Source of the DNA: a virus
Length of the DNA stretch: 38,824 bases
IMG/VR virus record: IMGVR_UViG_3300014838_000008
Strand: one strand, 5' to 3'
Of this stretch, positions 8,565 to 16,918 are shown piece by piece. Within the stretch, counting starts at the first letter, position 1. Every line of letters starts with the position of its first letter. A model generated the notes under the pieces. The model saw nothing but the letters and a program-made list of their open reading frames with translations. It searched no databases and was not told the origin of the DNA. A program made the position numbers and the translations under genes.

Positions 8565-9115
8565 TAGACTCCTCCGCCTGCGGCTGCCGAGGCTACTTTT
8601 CCGCCTGCATTGATAGCAGCGATAGTCGCATCTTGCCAGAATGGAGTTGCTCTTTGCTGATAAGCGAATGGAGCTACATTCAACCCTGTTTGAGCTTGTT
8701 GGAGAGATTGCTGTGCTGGAGCTGCTGCTAGATTTCCTGCTTGACTTGATGCTTGCAATCTTAACTGAGCGAGCATTGATCCTAGACTTGAATTGAGGTT
8801 CTGACCTGCGTTGCCTAATGCTTGGTTTAAAGCGCTGCCGCCTTTGCTGCCCTGGCCGAAGGCATTAAGGATATCGGGCACGGTTTGCTGCTGAAATTGA
8901 CGCTGAGCTTCCTGCTGGATTGGAGCGAAACCATTTCCACCTGGAAGGAGACTTTGAGTTCCCTCAACTGCTTGCTTATAGAGAGGGTTATTTTCTAAAC
9001 CGCCTTGCTGCTGAAGAGATTGAAGAGCATTCTGAAGAAGGGCCTCAAGAGTATTTTCTCCAGTGCCAGTCAGAGTTGATTGCTTAATATATCCGCCACC
9101 TTTAGGAGCGCCCAT
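8564..9115 (-). CDS. Gln/Gly/Ala-rich putative internal virion protein, 183 aa
   Basis: ORF track entry. First gene downstream of the 9116-9205 promoter gap. No SD before the ATG. Confidence 0.4.
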   Translation of the reverse strand: MGAPKGGGYIKQSTLTGTGENTLEALLQNALQSLQQQGGLENNPLYKQAVEGTQSLLPGGNGFAPIQQEAQRQFQQQTVPDILNAFGQGSKGGSALNQALGNAGQNLNSSLGSMLAQLRLQASSQAGNLAAAPAQQSLQQAQTGLNVAPFAYQQRATPFWQDATIAAINAGGKVASAAAGGGV

Positions 9116-9125
9116 AGTATACCTA

Positions 9126-9149
9126 TATAATTATAATTATAATTATACA
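9126..9149. repeat. Hexamer microsatellite (TATAAT)x3 + TATACA in a divergent promoter gap
   Basis: Read directly: tataat tataat tataat tataca. The reverse complement also reads as phased TATAAT boxes. Confidence 0.9.
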
Positions 9150-9205
9150 TATTTTAGAATTAGACAAAAAGGCAAAGCTGAGCTAAGATCGAACTAAAAG
9201 GAGTA

Positions 9206-9412
9206 ATGATGGATTTCTTTAAGAGACATCTCGATGCTGTGATGATGATCGGATCAATGTGTTGCGGACTCATCTTTATAAATGGAAAATTTAATGATTT
9301 GGATCGTAGACTGGTGAAAATTGAGACTATTATGTTCTGCAAAGAATATATGCATCATACTGCCGAGCAAACCTGCTTGAAAGAGAAAGAAGTTTCAAAA
9401 AATAACATTTGA
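9206..9412 (+). CDS. Small membrane protein, 68 aa (moron gene 1)
   Basis: SD aaggag lies upstream. Hydrophobic segment AVMMIGSMCCGLIFI. Opposite strand to the surrounding structural genes. Confidence 0.5.
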   Translation: MMDFFKRHLDAVMMIGSMCCGLIFINGKFNDLDRRLVKIETIMFCKEYMHHTAEQTCLKEKEVSKNNI

Positions 9413-9425
9413 TTTAAAGGAAATA

Positions 9426-9680
9426 ATGAAATATCTAATCATATTATTTTGTTTAATTAATATTAATTTGAATTCTGTTCAAAGAATTGAATTAGATTCT
9501 TCAAAAGATCATCGTATTTCAAAGTTCATTATTGAAAATCATACTTACATTCATATTAAGAATATATGGAATGGCGCTGATTCACATATGTGGCATGATT
9601 TAGACTGTGAATATTGCAAAAAGAATATGAAAGATGCCTTAGACAAACTTAATCAGGGCACTCCATCAAAACATGCTTAG
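9426..9680 (+). CDS. Secreted small protein with a signal peptide, 84 aa (moron gene 2)
   Basis: N-terminus MKYLIILFCLININLNS looks like a signal peptide. Locally AT-rich. Its 3' end overlaps the convergent ORF 9649..10128. Confidence 0.5.
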   Translation: MKYLIILFCLININLNSVQRIELDSSKDHRISKFIIENHTYIHIKNIWNGADSHMWHDLDCEYCKKNMKDALDKLNQGTPSKHA

Positions 9681-10128
9681 ACCTTTTGAATCCATGCTTG
9701 ATGAAGAATTTGTCGTTTGTTGTGATCCAGAATGCGCGTGGGCACTTGAACTTCTTATTAATGCTTCGGAGATGTTCTATCAACTTCGGAATGGCAAGTC
9801 CCTTATGCCAGTAATCCTTACTGATAGAAAAAGTATTTATGAAGAGAGTATGGTCGAGGCTGCTGAGTTCAGCCCAAAAGTATCCCTCGATCTTATTTGA
9901 AGGGGTGACGAGCATATAGAGAAGATTGCCAGGATTATTATATTTGATCTGATCTTCTTGATATTTGTAAAATTGATCAGGCGTGAAAGTCTTGCCTTTT
10001 ACCCCTTCAATAAGCGATTTGGGGATTAATCTGACATTTTCTGGGATTCTAACCTTTACAAACTCTAAATCCCATTTTGGGGCTTCATTAGAGGCTTGTG
10101 GTTGATCTATCGTCTCTGTACTAGACAT
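9649..10128 (-). CDS. Putative GNAT-fold acetyltransferase, 159 aa
   Basis: FSISKDYWHKGLAIPKLIEHL resembles GNAT motif A (x-x-G-x-A followed by a helix). C-terminal FFIKHGFK resembles motif B. Confidence 0.35.
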   Translation of the reverse strand: MSSTETIDQPQASNEAPKWDLEFVKVRIPENVRLIPKSLIEGVKGKTFTPDQFYKYQEDQIKYNNPGNLLYMLVTPSNKIEGYFWAELSSLDHTLFINTFSISKDYWHKGLAIPKLIEHLRSINKKFKCPRAFWITTNDKFFIKHGFKRSKHVLMECPD

Positions 10129-10167
10129 ATGGTACTCCTATCATCATTTAAGTGATCTTGAGCGTTC

Positions 10168-10608
10168 CTATTGAGTTCCTATTACTCTGATATTGAAATT
10201 TCCGGTCACTCCGGTTCTATTATGCTTAATTTGGAAATTTGTGGCTGTTGAAGTGATGGTGAGGGCATTTCCTGCCCAGGCGCCTGTTCCAACTTGAGAT
10301 CCAAGGACTGCAATTGATCCGGCTGCCGTATCATCAGCTTTACATAAGCTAGCAGTAATAGTAGGGAGATCGGGATGCATCCCGCTTACGCATATGATAA
10401 AAGCCCCAAAATTCGGCATATCCAAGATGTTCTGGGCTGTAGATGTGATCGCCATCGGGTAAAAGGAATTATCCTTACCATTCACATTTAGAGCTATGGC
10501 TTCATAAAGGCGATTAAAATAAGGAATAAAAAGCGCCCAATCCTCTGGGACAATTGTCGTAGTTGGAAGCTGATAATATTGAGGGAAGATTGTGCTGCTC
10601 ATGCTCAT
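10168..10608 (-). CDS. Virion structural protein, 146 aa
   Basis: ORF track entry. Coupled to the 642-aa gene. Beta-rich sequence. Confidence 0.4.
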   Translation of the reverse strand: MSMSSTIFPQYYQLPTTTIVPEDWALFIPYFNRLYEAIALNVNGKDNSFYPMAITSTAQNILDMPNFGAFIICVSGMHPDLPTITASLCKADDTAAGSIAVLGSQVGTGAWAGNALTITSTATNFQIKHNRTGVTGNFNIRVIGTQ

Positions 10609-12533
10609 GGAGTTAATCTTCCTGCTGGACGAGCATAGAGAATCATTCCATTAATCGAAAATGGAGCTTCGGAGTTGCTTTGGACTTCTAATTGAAGGAA
10701 TTCTCCGATAGCATTGATATAGACTCTTTTCATGGCATAATCTGAAAGGGCATTAGCATCATTGCCGCTGGCATCGAGCGTGAGCGTTCGAGTTGCATTT
10801 GGTGATCCTGAATTGTCCATGAAGAAATTCAGGTTAAGTACGCAATCAGGCTCTCTTGTATAATAAAAATCGATGTGTCCAAATTGAACTTTTTGGCCAT
10901 TTTGAATAAAGGGGTTCCATCTAATTGACTTGAATTTAGTCGTGATTGGAGTCCCATTATCAGTGAGAGAAGATTCATTATCCATCCAGTAAACATTACC
11001 TGTCGTATCTCCCGCTAAAAGATCAGGTGCGCCTTTTTGGTTGCTATAAGAGAACCAAGGATATTTCTGAGAACCCCATGAAACGGTGAGATCCGCCCAT
11101 GAATGCCCCACGAACACATTATAAACACCGAGGCAAGTTAAAGGGATAGAAAAAACATAGGTAGCCCAAGTATTTTCAATAAAATTATAAACCAGGGCTT
11201 TGTCAGATCCAGGGGCCACATTCCCGACTGAAGGAAAGATATTATCTTCGCTAACATAAAGAGTCCAGGTTTCAGAGTTGTTATCATAGCGCTGGGAGAA
11301 TGCTTGGCTGAAAAACTGCTCGCTCATCTCTGTTTCATAGAAGTCGATGATGTTGATGTCGAAGCGCTGAACATTCACCCCATCGGTAGCTGTGATACCC
11401 GTTGATCCGATGCCCGTCTCTCGCTCATCATACTGGACGCTGGCATATGGGCAAGTAGTGCGTTTGGAGACGTTGATCTTTTGGAAGACGAAGGGAGAGA
11501 ATCGATATCCCGTGAAGCGGAAAATCCATACGGATTTGGTGAATCTTACGATGCAGATATCTCGAAGGAAATTAAAACTCACAATCAGATCGCCGGTAGC
11601 AGCTGAGAGTGATCCTCCATTACCTTCGATATCATTGACAAAGTTGAAAGGATTAAATTCTGCACTCCAGAAAATTGCTTGATTAGATGAATTACTCGCT
11701 GTATTAAGAGTAGGTTTGATGAAGAGCAGCCGATTTTGATAGACCTTCACATCGAAAGTTCTGGTTATCCAGCTAGTGCCCACGCTATTGGTAAAGAAAA
11801 CAGGGCGAGAAAGAGTAGTCCCATTAAATAAAGTGACCGGATCTTTATTATTGGTCATATAAAGATAAGAAGTACTCGAAACAGTCGTCGTAGGATCGGT
11901 TGGCTGCCAATTAGTCCAATTAAAAAAATTACTAATGTTTCCCGTGAAATAATTTGTCGCCGTGGCAGAAATGGATAAGGATTGATTGGCTAAAGCAGCG
12001 ACGAAATTAAGTGTTACTACTCCAGTAGTATAATTTATCGATCCGCCGGCTGCAAAATTGCCTGCGGGAGCTACTTGAGCGCCTATAGGAGTGGCTGCGG
12101 TAAAAGTGATAGTCGATGTCCCATCTGTAATGGAAACAGTGCCAGGAGTTAAACTATTGGGCCAAAAAGTTGGAACAGTGATGGTTAATCCCCCTGGGAT
12201 TGTTCCTGTCCAAAATACTGATCCAGCAACTCCAGTTATCGGAGCAAAAGTATTGGTGCTATCGGTATAAAGGTAAGCATTCTGGGTCGTGGCTACGACT
12301 AAATTTTCTCCACCGGTCGATTCATTCTGGTAAGTCATGATCCCCATCACGGGATTATGATCGGCTAATTGATTGCCGAGCTGGATATACCCATTGCGTT
12401 TTGTAAGTTGCCCTCGGTAAACCTGAGCATTTTCAAGAGGATTAAAAGAATCATTTGGACTGATCCAAGGCTGGAGATAAGTAAAAAAACCTGTTTTCTG
12501 GGCAGTGATGGGGAATGCCTGGAATTCAGTCAT
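10605..12533 (-). CDS. Large tail structural protein (nozzle / tail tubular B-like), 642 aa
   Basis: Size and position downstream of the adaptor-like genes. Carries an inserted I-N-Y-T-T-G-V-V-T-L-N-F motif shared with the 375-aa protein. Confidence 0.4.
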   Translation of the reverse strand: MTEFQAFPITAQKTGFFTYLQPWISPNDSFNPLENAQVYRGQLTKRNGYIQLGNQLADHNPVMGIMTYQNESTGGENLVVATTQNAYLYTDSTNTFAPITGVAGSVFWTGTIPGGLTITVPTFWPNSLTPGTVSITDGTSTITFTAATPIGAQVAPAGNFAAGGSINYTTGVVTLNFVAALANQSLSISATATNYFTGNISNFFNWTNWQPTDPTTTVSSTSYLYMTNNKDPVTLFNGTTLSRPVFFTNSVGTSWITRTFDVKVYQNRLLFIKPTLNTASNSSNQAIFWSAEFNPFNFVNDIEGNGGSLSAATGDLIVSFNFLRDICIVRFTKSVWIFRFTGYRFSPFVFQKINVSKRTTCPYASVQYDERETGIGSTGITATDGVNVQRFDINIIDFYETEMSEQFFSQAFSQRYDNNSETWTLYVSEDNIFPSVGNVAPGSDKALVYNFIENTWATYVFSIPLTCLGVYNVFVGHSWADLTVSWGSQKYPWFSYSNQKGAPDLLAGDTTGNVYWMDNESSLTDNGTPITTKFKSIRWNPFIQNGQKVQFGHIDFYYTREPDCVLNLNFFMDNSGSPNATRTLTLDASGNDANALSDYAMKRVYINAIGEFLQLEVQSNSEAPFSINGMILYARPAGRLTP

Positions 12534-13144
12534 TAATAGCCTATGACGCTAAATGAATAAAGAATTGAAACAGTTGGCCCCATTTTAGTGATAGTAATGT
12601 GAGTAGAATTGACGATCGCTAAATTCTGAGGGGTTGAGACGTTGGCAGTTAAAAGAGAAAAAGTTGGTGAGAAGGTTCCTACACCAGTATAAGTGTAGCC
12701 CGCTGGGAAAATTATATCAGCAGTATGAGGAGCATTTACAGCATCGGTTATAGTTAATTGTCCGAAATTATAAATTATATTACCTTGTTTAAAAGAATAT
12801 AAAGTTCCCGTCCAATCTGCTCCAGATAATGCTGTGGTGATAATATTCCCAATTAAGGGATAATCAGCCGTAGCATTTGCAAATTGAGGAAGAGCAACTC
12901 CATTGAAAAAGCCTGATCCAGCGGTAGTTTGATGATAGATCCCTTGGATACCTGTGGCAGTTGGGGATGTGGATGTTGGAAGGGTGACTTGTTTATGAAA
13001 GCCATTTCCATTCGATCCGCCTGTTTCATAAGCTGAATGATCTATCCCAAATTGAGAATTCAATTGGAAAAAGTTTTCCAGAATCTCACCTTGAGAATTA
13101 GAAATCAGATCTGCTGATTGTGGAATTGCCGGATTATAGGTCAT
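12533..13144 (-). CDS. Virion structural protein, 203 aa
   Basis: ORF track entry. The N-terminal ...NF..L...F..DH......G.H..V.L pattern is seen in fibre/adaptor proteins. Confidence 0.4.
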   Translation of the reverse strand: MTYNPAIPQSADLISNSQGEILENFFQLNSQFGIDHSAYETGGSNGNGFHKQVTLPTSTSPTATGIQGIYHQTTAGSGFFNGVALPQFANATADYPLIGNIITTALSGADWTGTLYSFKQGNIIYNFGQLTITDAVNAPHTADIIFPAGYTYTGVGTFSPTFSLLTANVSTPQNLAIVNSTHITITKMGPTVSILYSFSVIGY

Positions 13145-14271
13145 TAAAACCTCTCAACCGATTGCTCGGCCTGGTATTGTTGGATCGTGCGAGCAAGGGC
13201 CACATTCTCATAGCGCTTAAGCACGGGATAATATCTGTTGTAATTTTCGAGATCACCTCGATCGGAGAAGATCTCTAAAGCTGCTCCATAGGCAATCAGC
13301 GGCCCCCATTCTTGGAGAGTAGGGGATTGGGCTAATGCTGTGAGCAGATCAGGCTGGATATAACCCTGCATCCTGATCTGATAGACCTGATCAGGGACGG
13401 GCATGAAGGTGAATTGATTCTCAAAAAACATCACCCCTTGAGGGCGGTTTGGCTGATATCCCTGATATTTGGCGTAGATTACAGCACTGGAGGGAGGAGC
13501 TGCGTTGAATTGGATGCTGAAGGCCCCTGTGATATAATTGAGGGTTCCAGTGCCATCTCCCGATAAAACTCCGACCTGTGAATCCACAGTGTATGTAGCC
13601 ACGATGGCAATTCCCACGGCAACGGCTGCTGCGAAGGTAATATTCCAAACTCCTGTTGAATAGACGATCGTTCCGGTTCCACCAGCTGATCCAGTGAGAA
13701 GACCTGCTCCATTATCTGAAAAAGTCTCTGTCCCATCAGTAATGGAGAGAGTTCCTGATTTAACGGGGGTATTGAAAAGAGTGCCCGAATAAGTTGTCCC
13801 GCCATTGCCTATAGCGATAGTTTGGGTCGCTTGCGGCTCTCCTGCATCTGAAAGTACCTGATTTCCATCGGTGAAGAAGGTCGTGCCTATAATTATCGGT
13901 GGGTTCTGAAGACCCCCAGTAAATGAAGCGATCGATCCATTGCCAGTCGCTAGTTGATCGACGGCATATTGCTGAGGGAAATCCTGGTAAAAGATATCGG
14001 GGTCTTGATAAAAGATCAGCGGGAAGCCATCTGCATAGGCTCCAGGTTGATCAGTGAGGAAGCTGCCGGAGAAGGGATAAACATTGACCCCTGGGAAAAC
14101 CTTAAAGTCATAGAAGGTGAGCTGAATTTGTTCTTTCAGCTCAAATGGCATCGTGAAGACGTAATAGTTATTTATATAATTAAATAAGTCAGAATCACTC
14201 AGCTGATCATCGCTGGGAGATCCTGTGACATTTCTAACTTTGATTCCTATCGACTCTAAGTCCCATGCCAT
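13144..14271 (-). CDS. Virion structural protein (putative head-tail adaptor / tail tubular A-like with an inserted repeat domain), 375 aa
   Basis: Called on position. Two copies of a G-T-(I/L)-x-Y-x-T-G-x-x-x-I-x-F motif (IVYSTGVWNITF, LNYITGAFSIQF). Confidence 0.35.
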   Translation of the reverse strand: MAWDLESIGIKVRNVTGSPSDDQLSDSDLFNYINNYYVFTMPFELKEQIQLTFYDFKVFPGVNVYPFSGSFLTDQPGAYADGFPLIFYQDPDIFYQDFPQQYAVDQLATGNGSIASFTGGLQNPPIIIGTTFFTDGNQVLSDAGEPQATQTIAIGNGGTTYSGTLFNTPVKSGTLSITDGTETFSDNGAGLLTGSAGGTGTIVYSTGVWNITFAAAVAVGIAIVATYTVDSQVGVLSGDGTGTLNYITGAFSIQFNAAPPSSAVIYAKYQGYQPNRPQGVMFFENQFTFMPVPDQVYQIRMQGYIQPDLLTALAQSPTLQEWGPLIAYGAALEIFSDRGDLENYNRYYPVLKRYENVALARTIQQYQAEQSVERF

Positions 14272-14279
14272 TTTTAAAC

Positions 14280-14687
14280 CTATGCAGCTTTATCGCGGAC
14301 AACTTTGCAGGTGAACATATGCTTATAACCAGAGATGTACATGACGGGATGACCATCAGGCCCTTTTCTATAAGCGTAGAATGGGATCTTGCGATCCTCT
14401 AGGTGTTCGACAATCTCAAGAGGTAAAGTATATTCTTGACCGTGGTAGAGTTTGTAATGCGCGAGATGATGTGTTTTAGAGTGATAATGAAACTCATGCA
14501 TTACTCCTGGGTCTCTATCATTTCTAAATAAAATTCTTTCCATTTTTGGCATTTTTTTAACGACCTGCACTTTTGGAGCGTCGGGATTTAAGCCTTCTGG
14601 ATTTTCTTTGAGGATGTTATCCTCAATAATCGCTGAATTAGCGTCATTTAGTTTGGATTTGGGTCTTGCCATTTTTGCCTCATGCAA
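14280..14687 (-). CDS. Hypothetical head-module protein, 135 aa
   Basis: ORF track entry. His-rich core HEFHYHSKTHHLAHYKLYHG. Confidence 0.4.
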   Translation of the reverse strand: MHEAKMARPKSKLNDANSAIIEDNILKENPEGLNPDAPKVQVVKKMPKMERILFRNDRDPGVMHEFHYHSKTHHLAHYKLYHGQEYTLPLEIVEHLEDRKIPFYAYRKGPDGHPVMYISGYKHMFTCKVVRDKAA

Positions 14688-15060
14688 TGTTGTGGAACGG
14701 TGTATTTAGCGTCTGGAAGCTCAAGGTCTCCGATGGAGGCTGGCCCGTTATCACGCTTATTACCCCACCGCTCGTATAGGGGTAGAAATTTGTTGAATTG
14801 ATATAGACTTTGAAATTATTAGCGTCGACGATCTCTGAAATGCGTCCTGGGAGGCCGTTGATCTGGCGCATTCCCTTGACTTGCAGAAATCCTACGCTGG
14901 TTAAATTCACGTCTGCCGAGGTAAATCCATGCGCTGTGCAGGTGACTTTCGCTGATGAATCATTGGTGATCCCGCTGATGGTCTTGATTGTTTCAGGCCA
15001 TTCATTTGGCGAGGGAAAGGTCACTGAAGGAGGATTTGCTGGGTTTATTACCATTTTCAA
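14680..15060 (-). CDS. E1-FCCH-like domain capsid decoration/fibre protein, short paralogue (126 aa; likely true start ATG 15054)
   Basis: KVTCTAHGFTSADV...VKGMRQINGLPG...FKVYINSTNFYPYTSGGVISVITGQPPS matches the FCCH pattern (VTC..HGF...V.GM..LNG...F.I..DTS.F..Y..GG) and the C-terminal half of 15245..15952. Confidence 0.55.
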   Translation of the reverse strand: MKMVINPANPPSVTFPSPNEWPETIKTISGITNDSSAKVTCTAHGFTSADVNLTSVGFLQVKGMRQINGLPGRISEIVDANNFKVYINSTNFYPYTSGGVISVITGQPPSETLSFQTLNTPFHNIA

Positions 15061-15244
15061 CCTGTAAGTGATGGAGGAGCGGATAGGGAGACGGAACCCC
15101 CTATCCTTCCACGCCCAAGTTCACATTTTTTAGCTCTTGGACTTGAGGGGCAGAGACTAGTTACCCCTCCATTAACAAAGTTTGGCGGCCAGAAAACTGA
15201 CCCTTACGCCCTAGCTACGCGGCCGGCGAACCGACCCACCCTGT
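15061..15244 (-). other. GC-rich (~57%) structured intergenic spacer with at least four hairpins
   Basis: I counted 102 G+C in the first 180 nt, against my by-eye estimate of roughly 40% for the genome. Minus-strand stems: gggtcgg-UUCG-ccggcc; gagggg/cccctc; tccaag/cttggg; ggataggg/ccctatcc. No ORF. Confidence 0.6.
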
Positions 15245-15952
15245 TTAATCGCTCGTAAACGATGCATCAAGCAGCGCCAGGTATTCCCATACATCGCTTG
15301 TGTTTACCATCAGAGTTGTTCCGAGCGTCAAACCTTGGAAAGACACGTTTTTCAACGGTGTATTGAAGATTTGGAAGCCCTGAGTTGTACTTGGTGGTAC
15401 ACCAGTGATTACGTTCGCAAACCCGCCGCTTGTATAAGAGGAGAAGCTTGTCGAATTAATATTCACTGTGAAACTGGTTGTGGAAGTTACGCTCTGGATC
15501 ACACCGCTTAAAGTGTTGATCTGAGTCATCCCAACAACGCCGTGGAAGGTCACGGTGGTCACGCCGATATCCGCTGCTGTGAAAGCATGGGTAGCGGTTA
15601 CTGATGCATTAGCAGCTTTGCTGATGCCAGTGATTGTCAGGTTAGTGCTGGTTGCTCCTGCTGGTAGCCCTGTGAGGGGAACGAATTCCCGACCTGGTGC
15701 TGGGACATAAGGAGTTACGCCATTACTTGAGATATAGCTCAGAGCTGGAACGCCAGTCGTATAAGTTGTGATATACGCTGATGCGTTGGCCATATCATTC
15801 CACCACTCGACGTTAGTTACGCCGGTGATAGTTCCAGATGTCTGGATCGTTTTATTAACCATTCTGAAATAACTTGGGATGAATCCTAAGTTAAGATTCT
15901 GAGCGGCTCCGCCTGTTACAACGGATAAAGTGCCTTTTTTTACAATTGCCAT
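15245..15952 (-). CDS. Capsid decoration / head fibre protein with a C-terminal E1-FCCH-like domain, 235 aa
   Basis: Immediately downstream of the MCP gene. SVTATHAFTAADIG...VVGMTQINTLSG...FTVNINSTSFSSYTSGGFANVITGVPPS. Confidence 0.55.
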   Translation of the reverse strand: MAIVKKGTLSVVTGGAAQNLNLGFIPSYFRMVNKTIQTSGTITGVTNVEWWNDMANASAYITTYTTGVPALSYISSNGVTPYVPAPGREFVPLTGLPAGATSTNLTITGISKAANASVTATHAFTAADIGVTTVTFHGVVGMTQINTLSGVIQSVTSTTSFTVNINSTSFSSYTSGGFANVITGVPPSTTQGFQIFNTPLKNVSFQGLTLGTTLMVNTSDVWEYLALLDASFTSD

Positions 15953-15961
15953 ATGTCCTCC

Positions 15962-16903
15962 TTATGAGTGTGTTGCGAGCAACTGAGTGATCCAGTTGTC
16001 ATTGAGGATTCTGGTTGCAAATGGGTACTTGTAACCTACTGTGCCTCTTTGGTTTAAGGGGTCAGCGGTTCCAGATGCGCCCAAAGGTTTCACGATAAAT
16101 TCGGCTTCTTTCGCGCCTAACCGAACAACCCCATAAGCCTCTTGGCCCAGGATGAAGCTAGAATAAACAGGAGGAGATGCAGAAGTGCTGTATCCATTTG
16201 TGTTTAAGAGCCAGCGCACGTTACGGGTAGAACCCCATTCCGCCTCAAGCCCATTTAAAGGATTAGGATAATTAGCAACTGATATAAAAGAAGAAACTGC
16301 TTCTAAATCATCTTGTAAATCAACTGACATAAATCCCCAATAAGAACTTCTTACTGGTGCAGTTCCAAACTTATTCTCGCCAGGTAAAGGATTCGTCATT
16401 AACCGTGCATTACCTTGACGCAATGCAATTACAGCTAATTGAATATCTTCATCTGTTAATTCTGTTGGAGTATTTCCATTTCCGCCGTGAGTACAATTAA
16501 TTACAGAACTAGTTGAAACCATCATATCTCTAATTAGAGTATCGATAGTCAAACCTAATTGTAATGAAAGAACTTTAGTTGCTTCATTTAATACGCGGTC
16601 TTGTACAACATACTGAACTTGGTCAGTAATTGTTACAAAGTCGCCATACCATTGGATCTGAGCCAAAAAGTCGGTAACTGAAAGTTGATCTCCAGGTGGT
16701 GTTTGGCCATCTGTTAGAGGAACTGTTGCAGCTGTGAGTGTGCCATATCGACGGAAAACCATCATATCCCCAGAGTTCAGAGGAATCTGACGCTTTTGGG
16801 CGAAGAGGTCGTAGATATAATATGGCCGAGCCAGAGCTAGAAGAAGACGGTCAAAATATTGACGGACTTCAGGTGGCAGCTGGGTTAAGGTAGTGATTGC
16901 CAT
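15962..16903 (-). CDS. Major capsid protein, HK97 fold, N4-gp56-like family, 313 aa
   Basis: Follows the scaffold gene. The N-terminal pattern ...RQYFDRLLLALARPYYIYDLFAQKRQIPLNSGDMMVFRRYGTL.A...PLTDGQTP is characteristic of that MCP family. Confidence 0.8.
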   Translation of the reverse strand: MAITTLTQLPPEVRQYFDRLLLALARPYYIYDLFAQKRQIPLNSGDMMVFRRYGTLTAATVPLTDGQTPPGDQLSVTDFLAQIQWYGDFVTITDQVQYVVQDRVLNEATKVLSLQLGLTIDTLIRDMMVSTSSVINCTHGGNGNTPTELTDEDIQLAVIALRQGNARLMTNPLPGENKFGTAPVRSSYWGFMSVDLQDDLEAVSSFISVANYPNPLNGLEAEWGSTRNVRWLLNTNGYSTSASPPVYSSFILGQEAYGVVRLGAKEAEFIVKPLGASGTADPLNQRGTVGYKYPFATRILNDNWITQLLATHS

Positions 16904-16918
16904 GTGAGGATCTCATTT

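Noticed and set aside
9160-9342. 60-aa minus-strand ORF in the moron region
   Set aside because: It overlaps the SD and 5' part of the plus-strand gene 9206..9412. It would start inside that gene and end in the promoter gap, and it has no SD.
15181-15244. GGTTCG-containing segment of the GC-rich spacer as a possible tRNA or tRNA fragment
   Set aside because: I could not fold a cloverleaf. There is no acceptor-stem pairing and no anticodon arm. GGTTCGCC is better explained as a UUCG-tetraloop hairpin.
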